Origin: an uncultured Clostridia bacterium
GTDB lineage: Bacteria > Bacillota > Clostridia > TANB77 > CAG-508
Direction of reading: 5' to 3'
Assembly (NCBI GenBank): GCA_947626295.1
Contig: CANQRS010000001.1
Span: 1-55,150, forward strand
Length of the DNA: 55,150 bases
Shown: positions 38,766-49,212 of the stretch, one piece after another
Position numbering within the stretch: position 1 is the first letter of the stretch
Layout of the letters: every line of letters starts with the position of its first letter
Made by a program: the position numbers and the translations under genes
Notes under the pieces: generated by a model
Seen by the model: only the letters and a program-made list of their open reading frames with translations
What the model was told of the DNA's origin: nothing
The model's database searches: none

Positions 38766-39341
38766 CTATTTTATGACACTTTCCTTTATATTTTCTAATG
38801 CTATTCTTCTAGCACTAATTTTATTTTTCTCTTCTTCAGACAATTCAGCTAAAGTTTTTCCGTTTTCTAGCTCAAAAATCTCATCAAAGCCAAATCCATT
38901 TTCTCCTCTAATTTCTTCTGCAATATATCCCTCAAGTACACCCTCTGTACAAACAGTTTTCTTGCCATCAGAAATAGCTATAGCAACAACAAACTTTACC
39001 TTGCGTTTTTCCTTTGGAACATTATTCATCTTTTTTAGTATTTCTAAATTTCTTTTACGGTCAGTTCCCTTAAGCCATCTTTTAGTCTCAACACCTGGAA
39101 ATCCATTTAAATATTCTATCTCAATCCCCGAATCATCTGCAATACATAACTTTCCATTTAATAGCCTTGATATATCTTCAGCCTTCTTTATAGCATTTTT
39201 TGCGAATGTTTCTTGATTTTCATCTATATCTACATTTACCCCTAAATCTTTCATTGATACAACTTGATATTCAGTTAATATCTCTTGAACTTCTTTTATC
39301 TTTCCACTATTTCCAGATGCCATTACTATACATTTATCCAT
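38766..39341 (-). CDS. rdgB: Non-canonical purine NTP pyrophosphatase (RdgB/HAM1)
   Basis: IVMASGNSGKIKEV..., DDSGIEIEYLNGFPGV, GENGFGFD motifs. Confidence 0.85.
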   Translation of the reverse strand: MDKCIVMASGNSGKIKEVQEILTEYQVVSMKDLGVNVDIDENQETFAKNAIKKAEDISRLLNGKLCIADDSGIEIEYLNGFPGVETKRWLKGTDRKRNLEILKKMNNVPKEKRKVKFVVAIAISDGKKTVCTEGVLEGYIAEEIRGENGFGFDEIFELENGKTLAELSEEEKNKISARRIALENIKESVIK

Positions 39342-39353
39342 AATTACTTTTCC

Positions 39354-40091
39354 TTATTCAATTTCCTTTGCTTTTACTATTACTCTTTTTTCATTATCAT
39401 TAGTACAAGTTATTAATGTTACTATTTTTTTGCCATTTGTCAATTGACTTGTGCAAGAAGTATCTTCTGGTACAACAACATATTTGTCATATACTGAATA
39501 TTTTAAAGTTCTACCTGTAGTATCAGTTATTTTTATAACATCTCCTGTCACCAAATTTGGAACTTTACTAAAGAATTTCTTGTTTTTATAATTATGACCC
39601 GCAATACAAAGATTACCAACCTCATTAGGACTTGGTCCATAAAATTTACAAGGCGAAATCTTCAATAATTTATCTGTTGTTTCAGCTAATATAGGATAAT
39701 TAACATCTATTGATGGAATCTTAATTCTTCCAACAGTATCATAAGTTCTTCCATTAGATGCTGTATATGAATTATGGTCTTCTTCTTCTGTTATACTTTC
39801 AACTCTCTCATTTTCCATTCTCTCAACAGAATCTGCAAGTATTTGCCATACGCCACTTTCTTCTTCAGGTTCCTCTTCCTCACTTGCTTCATCTTCAGCC
39901 ACTTCCATTTCAGTCAATATATCTTGAGAAAGCTCTTCATTTTTAGCCTTATCATACTCTGCATATATATAGATAGATATTAACGCAATTATAACAAATA
40001 TTGATATCATAAAATTAATTTTATAAAATTTCTTTTTTTTCTTTAACTCAGGAGTTACATACAATTTCTCTGTAACTAAAATTTGATTCAT
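39354..40091 (-). CDS. Sortase
   Basis: N-terminal TM, LCIAGHNY, VTLITCT, RVIVKA motifs. Confidence 0.8.
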   Translation of the reverse strand: MNQILVTEKLYVTPELKKKKKFYKINFMISIFVIIALISIYIYAEYDKAKNEELSQDILTEMEVAEDEASEEEEPEEESGVWQILADSVERMENERVESITEEEDHNSYTASNGRTYDTVGRIKIPSIDVNYPILAETTDKLLKISPCKFYGPSPNEVGNLCIAGHNYKNKKFFSKVPNLVTGDVIKITDTTGRTLKYSVYDKYVVVPEDTSCTSQLTNGKKIVTLITCTNDNEKRVIVKAKEIE

Positions 40092-40121
40092 TTTTATTCA
40101 ACCTTTCTATATATTTTCTTA

Positions 40122-41003
40122 CTATTTTTTCTGTATATCATTTACAAATAAATCTGTAAGTCTCGCAAAATCTTCTATAGACAACTTTTCTGCTCTAATA
40201 TCCTCCCTTAGTCCTAACTTTTTTAGCATCTGTATCCCCTGTTCTTTAGTCTTAAACACTCCAACATTTGTCAAAGCATTTACAATATTTTTTCTCCTTT
40301 GCATATAAGCACTTTTTATTATATTAAACATTACCCTTACATCTTTTACTTGCACTGCTGGACATTCTCTTATTTTTAACTTTATCACTTCAGAAGTAAC
40401 TTCTGGTGCTGGTATAAAGCAACTATTTTCCACTTCTCTTATCTTTGTAGGTTCAGTATAATAATATACTGTATATGTTATTGCTCCAGCTTCTTTTGTT
40501 CCAGGAATTGCAATTAATCTATCTGCAACTTCTTTTTGTATCATTACAGTTATACTCTCTATACCTAGATTATTTTCAATTAATTTCATAATAATTGGAG
40601 TTGTAATATAATATGGTAGATTGGCAACTACTTTTACATTTTGAATTTCATTGTCTTTTTCTCTTTCTTGACTGATTAAATCTTTTAAATCTAATTTTAA
40701 TATATCTTGATTTATTATTTCCAAATTTGAAAACATTATAAATCTACTATGCAATATGTTTATCATTTTTTTATCTAATTCTACACATATTACTTTTCTT
40801 GCTTTTTCTAATAAAATCTTTGTTAAACTTCCTAAACCTGGTCCAATTTCTATAACCAAATCCTTTTCTTGAATATCAGCACCATTTGCTATATCTTGTA
40901 AAGCTTGGTCATCTATCAAAAAATTTTGTCCTAATTTTTTATTAGCTTTTATTTTATTTGTTTTCATTAAATATTTAGTTTCTTCTAAAGCTTTGTCCAT
41001 CAT
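40122..41003 (-). CDS. rsmA: 16S rRNA (adenine1518/1519-N6)-dimethyltransferase
   Basis: KKLGQNFLID, VIEIGPGLGSLT, VANLPYYITTPI motifs. Confidence 0.9.
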   Translation of the reverse strand: MMDKALEETKYLMKTNKIKANKKLGQNFLIDDQALQDIANGADIQEKDLVIEIGPGLGSLTKILLEKARKVICVELDKKMINILHSRFIMFSNLEIINQDILKLDLKDLISQEREKDNEIQNVKVVANLPYYITTPIIMKLIENNLGIESITVMIQKEVADRLIAIPGTKEAGAITYTVYYYTEPTKIREVENSCFIPAPEVTSEVIKLKIRECPAVQVKDVRVMFNIIKSAYMQRRKNIVNALTNVGVFKTKEQGIQMLKKLGLREDIRAEKLSIEDFARLTDLFVNDIQKK

Positions 41004-41038
41004 TCTCTACTTTCTTTTATAATTTCTTTATTATTATA

Positions 41039-41569
41039 TCACTCTTTTTCATTTTTTTCAACAATTTTAATTATTTTTGCAATAAGTATTTCTATACATA
41101 CAAACACCAATATTCCAAATAAAACTCCTCCTGTATCTATCATTACATCAGTAAAATGAGCTGTCCTTCCTGGAGTAAAAATTTGATGTATCTCATCTGA
41201 CATAGCATAAATAATTCCAATAATTACAGTTATAGTTACCCTTGTAGACTTACTTGTATCTATTGTACTTAAAAAAGACATTAACATTATTCCCACTACA
41301 GTATATAGTGAAAAATGTGCTAACTTTCTTACTACCACATCTGTCTTTATTAGCAGCATTTCCTTATTAACAGAATCAAACTGATGTATTTTCTGTAAAA
41401 AATCAACCACCGACTTTGCAATATTGCTACTCAAGCCTTCTGATTCCTCTGCATCTTGATTAGAAAAATTAAATATTATCACAAAAATACTAATTGTTAA
41501 TATCGCAAATATTATCTGCTTTATTTTATTATTTCTATCACTTATTTTTCTTTCCATACTTTTCCCCAT
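41039..41569 (-). CDS. VanZ-family membrane protein
   Basis: RKLAHFSLY ... DEIHQIFTPGR..FTDVMIDTGG pattern. Confidence 0.7.
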   Translation of the reverse strand: MGKSMERKISDRNNKIKQIIFAILTISIFVIIFNFSNQDAEESEGLSSNIAKSVVDFLQKIHQFDSVNKEMLLIKTDVVVRKLAHFSLYTVVGIMLMSFLSTIDTSKSTRVTITVIIGIIYAMSDEIHQIFTPGRTAHFTDVMIDTGGVLFGILVFVCIEILIAKIIKIVEKNEKE

Positions 41570-41618
41570 TAATAATTCAGTTCTATCTGTAAATTTCTTT
41601 ACACATAGAACTGAACTT

Positions 41619-43301
41619 TTATTTTTTCAATATTTTTTTAATTTCTTCAAATCTCTTTACCTTTGCAGTTGTAGTTTTTATCATTTCCTCATCTGTAACA
41701 ATTATATTTTTAATATGTTTAAAATTCGTAAGACCATTATTAATCTTTTTTATATCATTCCAAATTTTTAATTTTAATTCCTCTTTTGATATATCTGGAT
41801 AGTTTTTATTTACATATTCTTTATCATACACAATCTTTGCTGACAACAACAAATCATCACCTTTTGGATACCCAAAAACCATACATTCTGCCACATAAGG
41901 TAACTCACTAATTAATACTTCTAATTCCTCTGGATAAATATTTTTTCCATTTTTTAAAACAATAACACTTTTCTGTCTTCCCGAAACAAACAAATAATTA
42001 TCCTTATCAAAATAGCCTAAATCTCCTGTATAAAACCATCCATCTCGTAAAACTTCTCTTGTCGCCTCTTCATTTTCGTAATATCCTAACATTACATTTG
42101 GTCCTTTTGCAACAATTTCTCCAACACCATTTTCATCAGGATTATCAATTTTTATCTGTACATTTGCAAGAGGAAATCCTACTGAACCGTAGTGAAGTTT
42201 TTTATCAGGGCGCTCACCACATAAAACTGGAGATGTTTCAGTTAATCCATACCCTTGAAATGTTACTATTCCAAAATTATTAAAATCTTTTGCAACTTGT
42301 GTATTTATTGCAGCAGCACCACTAACTACCATTCTAAGTGCCCCACCTAGATTATCGATAATCTCTCTAAATACTTTTCTTCTAATATCAATTCCAAATT
42401 TTAAAAGAAATGATGTTATCTTTTTGCCTCTGTTAACAATCTTAGACTTTCCTGCTTTTTCAATTGTTTGTATTATTTTTTTGTGCATTGCCTCTAAAAT
42501 TAAAGGTACACAAATAAATACAGACACTTTATATTCCTTTAAATTTTCTTGTATATGCCTTAATCCATCGCAAAAAACATTATTTACACCATTATTTAAC
42601 ATTAAAAGAGTTCCAGTTGAACCAAAAGTATGGTGAAATGGCAAAAAAGCTATATTTACATCAGTATTATAGAATTTATATACTCTATTCATAGCGCCAA
42701 TATTACTTGCTATATTTCTATGTGATAACATTACCGCCTTTGAAAGTGAAGTAGTACCAGATGTAAACAATATTATACTCATTTTATCATTGTCAATCTC
42801 AGCATCGATATAACTTCTATCACCATTATTTAATAGTTCTTTCCCTTTATTTATTAATCCCGGTATATCATTCATTGATATAAAATCTACCACATTTGTA
42901 GACTTTTCTTCTTTCATTTTTGTTATATCAGCTTCATAACTATCCTCATATATTATAGCATCTGCTTTACTTCTTTGCAAGGATAATACTATTTCTTGAC
43001 TTGGTAATCCTTTATCTAGTGGAACAGCAATACCTACACCATTTAAAATAGTACAATAACTCAACATCCACTCATATCTATTTTTTCCGATTATAGCTAT
43101 TCTTTTATCTTTTAATCCCAAAGATATTAATGCTGTACCTAATGAATTAATCTCTTCACTAAATTCTTTATATGTTATTTTTCTATAACTTACTTCTTTA
43201 CCATTCCTTTGTTTTATTGTAAAAGCAATACTATTCGGAAATCTTGTAACCGCCGAATTTATTACTTCTTTTATATTATTATATTCAAAGTTTTCTTGCA
43301 T
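41619..43301 (-). CDS. AMP-forming long-chain acyl-CoA ligase
   Basis: ILFTSGTTSLSKAVMLSH, GYGLTETSP, YTGDLGY motifs. Confidence 0.8.
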   Translation of the reverse strand: MQENFEYNNIKEVINSAVTRFPNSIAFTIKQRNGKEVSYRKITYKEFSEEINSLGTALISLGLKDKRIAIIGKNRYEWMLSYCTILNGVGIAVPLDKGLPSQEIVLSLQRSKADAIIYEDSYEADITKMKEEKSTNVVDFISMNDIPGLINKGKELLNNGDRSYIDAEIDNDKMSIILFTSGTTSLSKAVMLSHRNIASNIGAMNRVYKFYNTDVNIAFLPFHHTFGSTGTLLMLNNGVNNVFCDGLRHIQENLKEYKVSVFICVPLILEAMHKKIIQTIEKAGKSKIVNRGKKITSFLLKFGIDIRRKVFREIIDNLGGALRMVVSGAAAINTQVAKDFNNFGIVTFQGYGLTETSPVLCGERPDKKLHYGSVGFPLANVQIKIDNPDENGVGEIVAKGPNVMLGYYENEEATREVLRDGWFYTGDLGYFDKDNYLFVSGRQKSVIVLKNGKNIYPEELEVLISELPYVAECMVFGYPKGDDLLLSAKIVYDKEYVNKNYPDISKEELKLKIWNDIKKINNGLTNFKHIKNIIVTDEEMIKTTTAKVKRFEEIKKILKK

Positions 43302-43337
43302 TATTATCCCTCCAAATCATATTTCTTCTTAAGTAAC

Positions 43338-43354
43338 CTAGTATTTGATACTAG
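43338..43354. promoter_or_regulatory. Perfect 7-3-7 inverted repeat CTAGTATttgATACTAG upstream of the acyl-CoA ligase gene (possible operator)
   Basis: Seen 37-53 nt upstream of the start codon. Confidence 0.3.
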
Positions 43355-43414
43355 ATAGATTATCACTTTTTATTTTATATGTCAATAGAATTGACTACAC
43401 ATTCAGCATAAAAA

Positions 43415-43443
43415 ACTCAGTTTAACTTCAAGTCAAACTGAGT
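43415..43443. terminator. Bidirectional terminator after pgsA
   Basis: ACTCAGTTT...AAACTGAGT stem flanked by A5 and T6. Confidence 0.65.
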
Positions 43444-43466
43444 TTTTTATTACCAAAGATATAACC

Positions 43467-44072
43467 CTATTTATCTTTTAAAATTAAATCTTTACCATCT
43501 TTCAAATATTCATATCCCGAAAAAATTGTTGATATAACACATACAACTAACATCACTGTTGTAAACATATTATAAATAAAATATGGCATTTCCATACTAA
43601 CTGCTGGATTCAAGAAATCTCCAAATGAATATTTATCCAAAAACATCATTATTATTGCTATCATCTGAGTAACAGTTTTTAACTTTCCCCAACTAGATGC
43701 TGCTATAACTTGTCCACCACTTTGTGAAGCAATTAATCTATATCCAGAAACCGCAAATTCTCTAAATAAAATTATTACTGGTATTACTGATGGAATCTTT
43801 CCCATTTCTACTAGCATTATCATAGCTGCTAACACTAAAATTTTATCTGCTATTGGGTCTAAGAACTTTCCAAAAGTAGTAATCTGATTATTTTTCCTCG
43901 CCAAAGTTCCATCTAGTTTATCTGTAATAGATGCTATCACAAAAATAGCATCTATTATAATCAAACTAATTGAAATATTTAAAAACTCTCCCTGTATATT
44001 AAAATATGGTATTATTACCATTATTGGTACTAATATTATTCTAAGTATAGTCAACTTATTTGGTAAATTCAT
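43467..44072 (-). CDS. pgsA: CDP-diacylglycerol-glycerol-3-phosphate 3-phosphatidyltransferase
   Basis: DKLDGTLARKNNQITTFGKFLDPIADK CDP-alcohol transferase motif. Confidence 0.85.
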   Translation of the reverse strand: MNLPNKLTILRIILVPIMVIIPYFNIQGEFLNISISLIIIDAIFVIASITDKLDGTLARKNNQITTFGKFLDPIADKILVLAAMIMLVEMGKIPSVIPVIILFREFAVSGYRLIASQSGGQVIAASSWGKLKTVTQMIAIIMMFLDKYSFGDFLNPAVSMEMPYFIYNMFTTVMLVVCVISTIFSGYEYLKDGKDLILKDK

Positions 44073-45301
44073 TACTTCTTCAACTCCTCAAAAGCTTTTT
44101 CTAGTTGAGTATCTTTATCTCTATCTACTGAATATAAACTTGTTACTGTATCTGGTAACTCTACTTTAATATCTGGCTCAATTCCAACCCCGTGAATTGC
44201 TGTACCATTTGGTGTATAATATTGTGTTGTTGTAACCTTCATTCCACTACCATCAGGCAAAGAAATTACTGTTTGAATTATTCCTTTTCCATAACTTTTA
44301 TCACCAATTATTTTAGCCCTTTTATTATCTTTTAATGCACCAATTAATATTTCTGAAGCACTTGCTGTATTTTGATTTGAAAGTATAACTACTGGGCAAT
44401 TAAATATAGGATTATCATTTGAAATAGCTACTTCCTTTTTGCCATCTTTATCATTAGTTGACATTATCTTTAAATCTTTATCTAAGAAATAGTCTGCAAT
44501 CTTTATTGATTCTTCTACAATTCCTCCGCTATTATTTCTTAAATCAATTATTAAAGATTTTGCTCCATCTTGTATTAACTTTTCTGCTTTATCTTTGAAA
44601 TGTTCAGCTGTTTCTTCGTCAAAGCTTGGCAAAACTATATATCCAACATTATTTTTTAGAAGCTCTGTTGTAATAGGATTTGCAGTCACTTTTTCTCTTA
44701 CAATATCAAACTCTTTTTCTTTTCCATCTCTATTAACAACAATTTTTACAGTTGAGCCTTCTTCTCCCTTTAACTTTTCTGAAATATTATCAAAGTCATC
44801 ATATCCACATTTTTCTCCATCAACACTTACAATAATATCTCCTGACTTTAATCCTGCCTTCTCTGCAGGACTTTCTGGAATCGAAGCATATATAACAATT
44901 CCTTTATCCTTTATATTTGTCATATAAATTCCGATTCCAACAAAACTCCCCGAAATATCTTCTGTAAATTCCTCCATATTATCTTTTGATATGTATTTTG
45001 TATATTTATCCCCTAATCCACTTACATATCCAGTTACTGCAGACTCATAAAGTTTTTCCTCATCAATATCATCATTCCACAAATAATATTCGTCCATTAC
45101 TTGACGTACTTTTTTGATTTCTTTTACTAAATTCAAAATTCCCTTATCTGCTTCAGAATTTTTTCCTAAGACAACATAATTATCTGTATAATATGTATAT
45201 AATGATAACGACGTTATCATAAATGTTGCAAATGATGTTAATAATATTAGCATCACAATTTTATATATTTTTTGAATTTTAGAATGTTGTTTTTCTTCCA
45301 T
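44072..45301 (-). CDS. S41 carboxyl-terminal processing protease with PDZ domain
   Basis: SPAEKAGLKSGDIIVSVDG (PDZ), NQNTASASEILIGALKD, YGKGIIQ motifs. Confidence 0.85.
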   Translation of the reverse strand: MEEKQHSKIQKIYKIVMLILLTSFATFMITSLSLYTYYTDNYVVLGKNSEADKGILNLVKEIKKVRQVMDEYYLWNDDIDEEKLYESAVTGYVSGLGDKYTKYISKDNMEEFTEDISGSFVGIGIYMTNIKDKGIVIYASIPESPAEKAGLKSGDIIVSVDGEKCGYDDFDNISEKLKGEEGSTVKIVVNRDGKEKEFDIVREKVTANPITTELLKNNVGYIVLPSFDEETAEHFKDKAEKLIQDGAKSLIIDLRNNSGGIVEESIKIADYFLDKDLKIMSTNDKDGKKEVAISNDNPIFNCPVVILSNQNTASASEILIGALKDNKRAKIIGDKSYGKGIIQTVISLPDGSGMKVTTTQYYTPNGTAIHGVGIEPDIKVELPDTVTSLYSVDRDKDTQLEKAFEELKK

Positions 45302-45324
45302 CTTTCACAAAATTCCTTTCAAAG

Positions 45325-46575
45325 CTACTTAGTTGGCAAATACCCATTTAATGGATTCACTCTTTCACTATATGAACCACTTCCTGTTCTTACTTCAAAA
45401 TGAAGGTGTGGACCTGTAGAATTTCCTGTTGAACCAACATATCCTATTATTTGTCCTTGTTTTACCTCTTGCCCCTCTCTAGCTACTCTTTGGCTCATAT
45501 GTCCATATAAAGTATATAACCCATTATAATGTGCTATAAAAACATAATTACCATAAGATATATATTGACCTGCACTATTTACTTTTGCTGTTGATGTTAC
45601 AACATATCCATCAGCTGCTGCAAATATTGGAGCGCCATATATTCCAGCACCAGATATATCTGAAGCTCCGTGTAATTTTCCTGTTGAATAATACCAACCA
45701 GTAGTTACAGAATATCTAGTTAAAGTTGGCCATATTAATCCATAAGAACTTGTAGTTGTACTTGCTGATGCTGACCTAGAGCCACTAGCACCACCACTAC
45801 TATGATTTTGATTTTGCGCTGCTCTAGCTTTTGCAGCTGCAATTTCAGCCTGTTTAGCCTTTATCTTTTTATCTAATTCATCATTAGTATCTTGTAATTC
45901 TTGTAACTTCTTTTCTTTTTCTTTCTCTTGTTCAGAAAGTTGGTCTACATATTTTTCTTTTTCCTTTTTACTAACTTGTAAAGCATTTTGTTTAGCTGTC
46001 AATGTTATTTGTGTTGTTTCTACCTCTTTTTTGCTAGCCTCTAAACTCTCTTTTTCCTTTTCAATTTTTTGTTTATGTTCATCTAATCTAACTAACATCT
46101 TTTCATCATAGTCAACAACTTGAGATATCAAATAGTAACTTGATATAAAGTCCATTAAACTTGTAGATGACAACAAAAAGTCTAAATATGATGTTTCTCC
46201 TGTTTTATACATTGCAACTAATCTTTTGTCTAATGCCTTATTTTCCTTATTATATTCAGTTTCATCAGCCTTTATTTTTACTTCTAATTCTGATATATCT
46301 GATTTTAAACTATCCAATTTACCTTGTAAATCATCAATTTCATTTTGATATTTTGAAATTTCTCCAATTAAATTTTCTACTTGTTCTAAAGTCTCTGATT
46401 TTTCTGTATCAATATCCTCTAAATCATTTTTTGTATCCTGTATTTGTTCACTTACATCTGACCTTTCGTCTTTTAAATCATTTAATGTTTCTGCCCAACT
46501 TATATTACTATATGCAATCATTATGAAGATTATAATAGCTACCAAAAAACTTTTTAACATTTGTTTCATAAACAA
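45325..46575 (-). CDS. Coiled-coil M23 peptidase (EnvC-like murein hydrolase activator)
   Basis: Long coiled coil; GSTGNSTGPHLHFEVR motif; synteny with ftsEX. Confidence 0.8.
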   Translation of the reverse strand: MFMKQMLKSFLVAIIIFIMIAYSNISWAETLNDLKDERSDVSEQIQDTKNDLEDIDTEKSETLEQVENLIGEISKYQNEIDDLQGKLDSLKSDISELEVKIKADETEYNKENKALDKRLVAMYKTGETSYLDFLLSSTSLMDFISSYYLISQVVDYDEKMLVRLDEHKQKIEKEKESLEASKKEVETTQITLTAKQNALQVSKKEKEKYVDQLSEQEKEKEKKLQELQDTNDELDKKIKAKQAEIAAAKARAAQNQNHSSGGASGSRSASASTTTSSYGLIWPTLTRYSVTTGWYYSTGKLHGASDISGAGIYGAPIFAAADGYVVTSTAKVNSAGQYISYGNYVFIAHYNGLYTLYGHMSQRVAREGQEVKQGQIIGYVGSTGNSTGPHLHFEVRTGSGSYSERVNPLNGYLPTK

Positions 46576-46593
46576 ATTCCCTCCTAAATCACA

Positions 46594-47490
46594 TTAAACT
46601 TTTAAATATCTCCTCATAGAAATCATACTGCCTAAAATTCCGACACCTATTCCTAATACTAAATATACCACTATTACCAAGCTCAACATATCCGAAAATT
46701 GTAATAATGTTAATCCTAAGCTCGATAAAAATTGGACAAAAGTTTCTGCTCTTGTTGCAAAAGAATAAACTATAGATAACACTCCTACCGAAATAGCACC
46801 TGAAACAACACCTATTATCATACCTTCAACTGCAAAAGGCCATCTAATAAACCCATTTGTTGCTCCAACATATTTCATTATTGAAATTTCTCTTCTTCTT
46901 GCGTGAACTGTCAATCTAATAGTATTTGTTATAATGAATATTGCAAACACTATTAAACAAGCAGAAATTGCATAAGTTCCGATTTTTATACCTCTAGCTA
47001 TTCTCGCTAAAGTCCTTACAACATCATCTTTATCTGTTATTTCCTCTACATTTTCTAATTCTCTTATTTTATTAGTTATTTGTGTAGACTGCGATAAATC
47101 TGTAAATGTTATAATAAATGACACTGGATATATGCTCTCATCTCTACCCTCTAACAAATTTGCCTTTTCTCCAAATCTATCTTTTGTTTCCTGAAAAGCT
47201 TGTTCTTTTGACACAAAGTCTATTGTATTAATTCCATCTATTGACTCCAATTCCTGTTTCAACTTTTTTATTTGTTCATCTGTTGCTTCCTCGTCCATAA
47301 AAACCTGAATTCCTTGGTCTTGTTCGATATCTGCAACAAAATGATTCAAATTTTCTCCCATAACAAAGAATATTCCAAATATCAACATAGTTATACACAT
47401 CATACTGATAGATATAATTGTTTGTCTTTTATTCTTAAATACATTTGAAACACCTTCTCCTATTAAATATGTTAGTACACTATATTTCAC
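46594..47490 (-). CDS. ftsX: Cell-division permease-like protein FtsX
   Basis: 4-TM FtsX topology, IMKYVGAT motif; GTG start after AAGGTGG, overlapping the ftsE stop. Confidence 0.8.
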   Translation of the reverse strand: MKYSVLTYLIGEGVSNVFKNKRQTIISISMMCITMLIFGIFFVMGENLNHFVADIEQDQGIQVFMDEEATDEQIKKLKQELESIDGINTIDFVSKEQAFQETKDRFGEKANLLEGRDESIYPVSFIITFTDLSQSTQITNKIRELENVEEITDKDDVVRTLARIARGIKIGTYAISACLIVFAIFIITNTIRLTVHARRREISIMKYVGATNGFIRWPFAVEGMIIGVVSGAISVGVLSIVYSFATRAETFVQFLSSLGLTLLQFSDMLSLVIVVYLVLGIGVGILGSMISMRRYLKV

Positions 47491-48166
47491 TGTTATAACC
47501 ACCTTTTTTATCATCTCTAATTATTTGACCTTTGTCAATTTGAATAACTCTTTTTTTCATCTGGTCAACAATATCTTTCGCGTGTGTTGCTACAACAACC
47601 GTCGTTCCTCTCATATTTATATCATTTAATAAATTCATTATATCCCACGCAGTATCAGGGTCCAAATTACCTGTAGGCTCATCTGCAATTAACATTAATG
47701 GGTTATTTACTAATGCCCTTGCCAAAGCAACTCTTTGTTGTTCCCCTCCTGATAATTCATTTGGGTAAACCTTTGCTTTACCACTTAACCCTACCAAAGA
47801 CAATACCATTGGAACTTGTCTACGGATATGTTTAGGTGTTGCTCTAACTATATACATTGCATAAGCTACATTATCATATACTGTTTTATCTGGTAATAAT
47901 CTAAAATCTTGAAATACCACCCCCATACTTCTTCTTAAATATGGTATCCTATTTTGTTTTAAAAATGTAGTATCTTTCCCATTTATTATTATTGTACCTG
48001 ATGTTGGTTCTTCTTCTTTTAATATTAATTTTATTAATGTTGACTTTCCACTTCCTGATGTTCCAACTAAGAAACAAAACTCCCCTTTGTCTATTCTAAA
48101 ATTTGCATTCTTTACTGCTCTTGTTCCTGTATCGTATTTTTTTTCCACATTTCTAAATTCAATCAT
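47480..48166 (-). CDS. ftsE: Cell-division ATP-binding protein FtsE
   Basis: GTSGSGKST, LSGGEQQRVALARAL, LIADEPTGNLD motifs. Confidence 0.9.
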   Translation of the reverse strand: MIEFRNVEKKYDTGTRAVKNANFRIDKGEFCFLVGTSGSGKSTLIKLILKEEEPTSGTIIINGKDTTFLKQNRIPYLRRSMGVVFQDFRLLPDKTVYDNVAYAMYIVRATPKHIRRQVPMVLSLVGLSGKAKVYPNELSGGEQQRVALARALVNNPLMLIADEPTGNLDPDTAWDIMNLLNDINMRGTTVVVATHAKDIVDQMKKRVIQIDKGQIIRDDKKGGYNSEI

Positions 48167-48253
48167 TTTTTATCTCCTTATGCTTTTATTCAAATTCATT
48201 CATTTATATAATACCAATAATTCGTTTTTTTTTCAATAGATTTTACAAAAAAT

Positions 48254-49186
48254 TCATAATAATTTATCGATTATTGCATCTTTATCTAATTTAAAATATT
48301 TCATTAATTCCTGTGCATTTCCAGACTTACCAAAAGTATCATTTATTCCTATAAATTCAAGCTTAGTTGGATACTTCTGTATTAAAACTTCAGAAATTGA
48401 AGAACCCAAACCTCCAATAACACTATGGTCCTCTACAGAAATCAACCTTTTAGTTTCCTTAGCACATTTTATTATCATCTCTTCATCAATAGGTTTAATA
48501 GAGCAAACATCTACAACCCTTATATTTACACCCTTTTCTTTTAACTCTTCCTGTGCCTTTATTGCTTCAGAAACAGTCACACCAGTAGCAAAAACTGTAG
48601 CATCAGTTCCATCACCTATTTGAATCATCTTTCCAATCTCAAACTTTTGATTTTCATCATATATAATTGGTGTAGACAATCTACATAATCTCACATAACA
48701 AGGACCATCAATTTTTGATATCTCCTTTATTATCCATTTTGTTTGCACATCATCAGAAGGACAAAATACCTTCATATTTGGTAAAGTCCTCATCAAAGCC
48801 AAATCCTCTAACATCTGGTGTGTTGCTCCATCTTCTCCAACTGTTATCCCCGCGTGAGTTGCACATATTTTTACATTTAACTTAGGATAACATATACTAT
48901 TTCTAATTTGGTCATACGCTCTACCTGCTGCAAAAACCGCAAAAGTACTTGCATACGGTATTTTTCCACAAGTTGCAAGCCCTGCCGCAGTTCCCATCAT
49001 ATCTGCCTCTGCTATTCCAATATCGAAAAACCTATCTGGATATTTTTTTGCAAAATTAACTGTTTTTGTAGCAGTAGACAAATCCGCATCTAAAACAACA
49101 ATATCCTTATTTTCATCTCCCAATACTTCTAGCATTTCACCATAACTTTGTCTTGTAGCCTTCTTTTCCTCTTTCATAATCATCAC
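48254..49186 (-). CDS. Transketolase, C-terminal (pyrimidine-binding) subunit
   Basis: ATRQSYGEML..., DIGIAEADMMGTAAGLA, EDGATHQMLEDLALMR motifs. Confidence 0.85.
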   Translation of the reverse strand: MMIMKEEKKATRQSYGEMLEVLGDENKDIVVLDADLSTATKTVNFAKKYPDRFFDIGIAEADMMGTAAGLATCGKIPYASTFAVFAAGRAYDQIRNSICYPKLNVKICATHAGITVGEDGATHQMLEDLALMRTLPNMKVFCPSDDVQTKWIIKEISKIDGPCYVRLCRLSTPIIYDENQKFEIGKMIQIGDGTDATVFATGVTVSEAIKAQEELKEKGVNIRVVDVCSIKPIDEEMIIKCAKETKRLISVEDHSVIGGLGSSISEVLIQKYPTKLEFIGINDTFGKSGNAQELMKYFKLDKDAIIDKLL

Positions 49187-49212
49187 TTTCCTTTCTTATA
49201 TATTTTTACCTA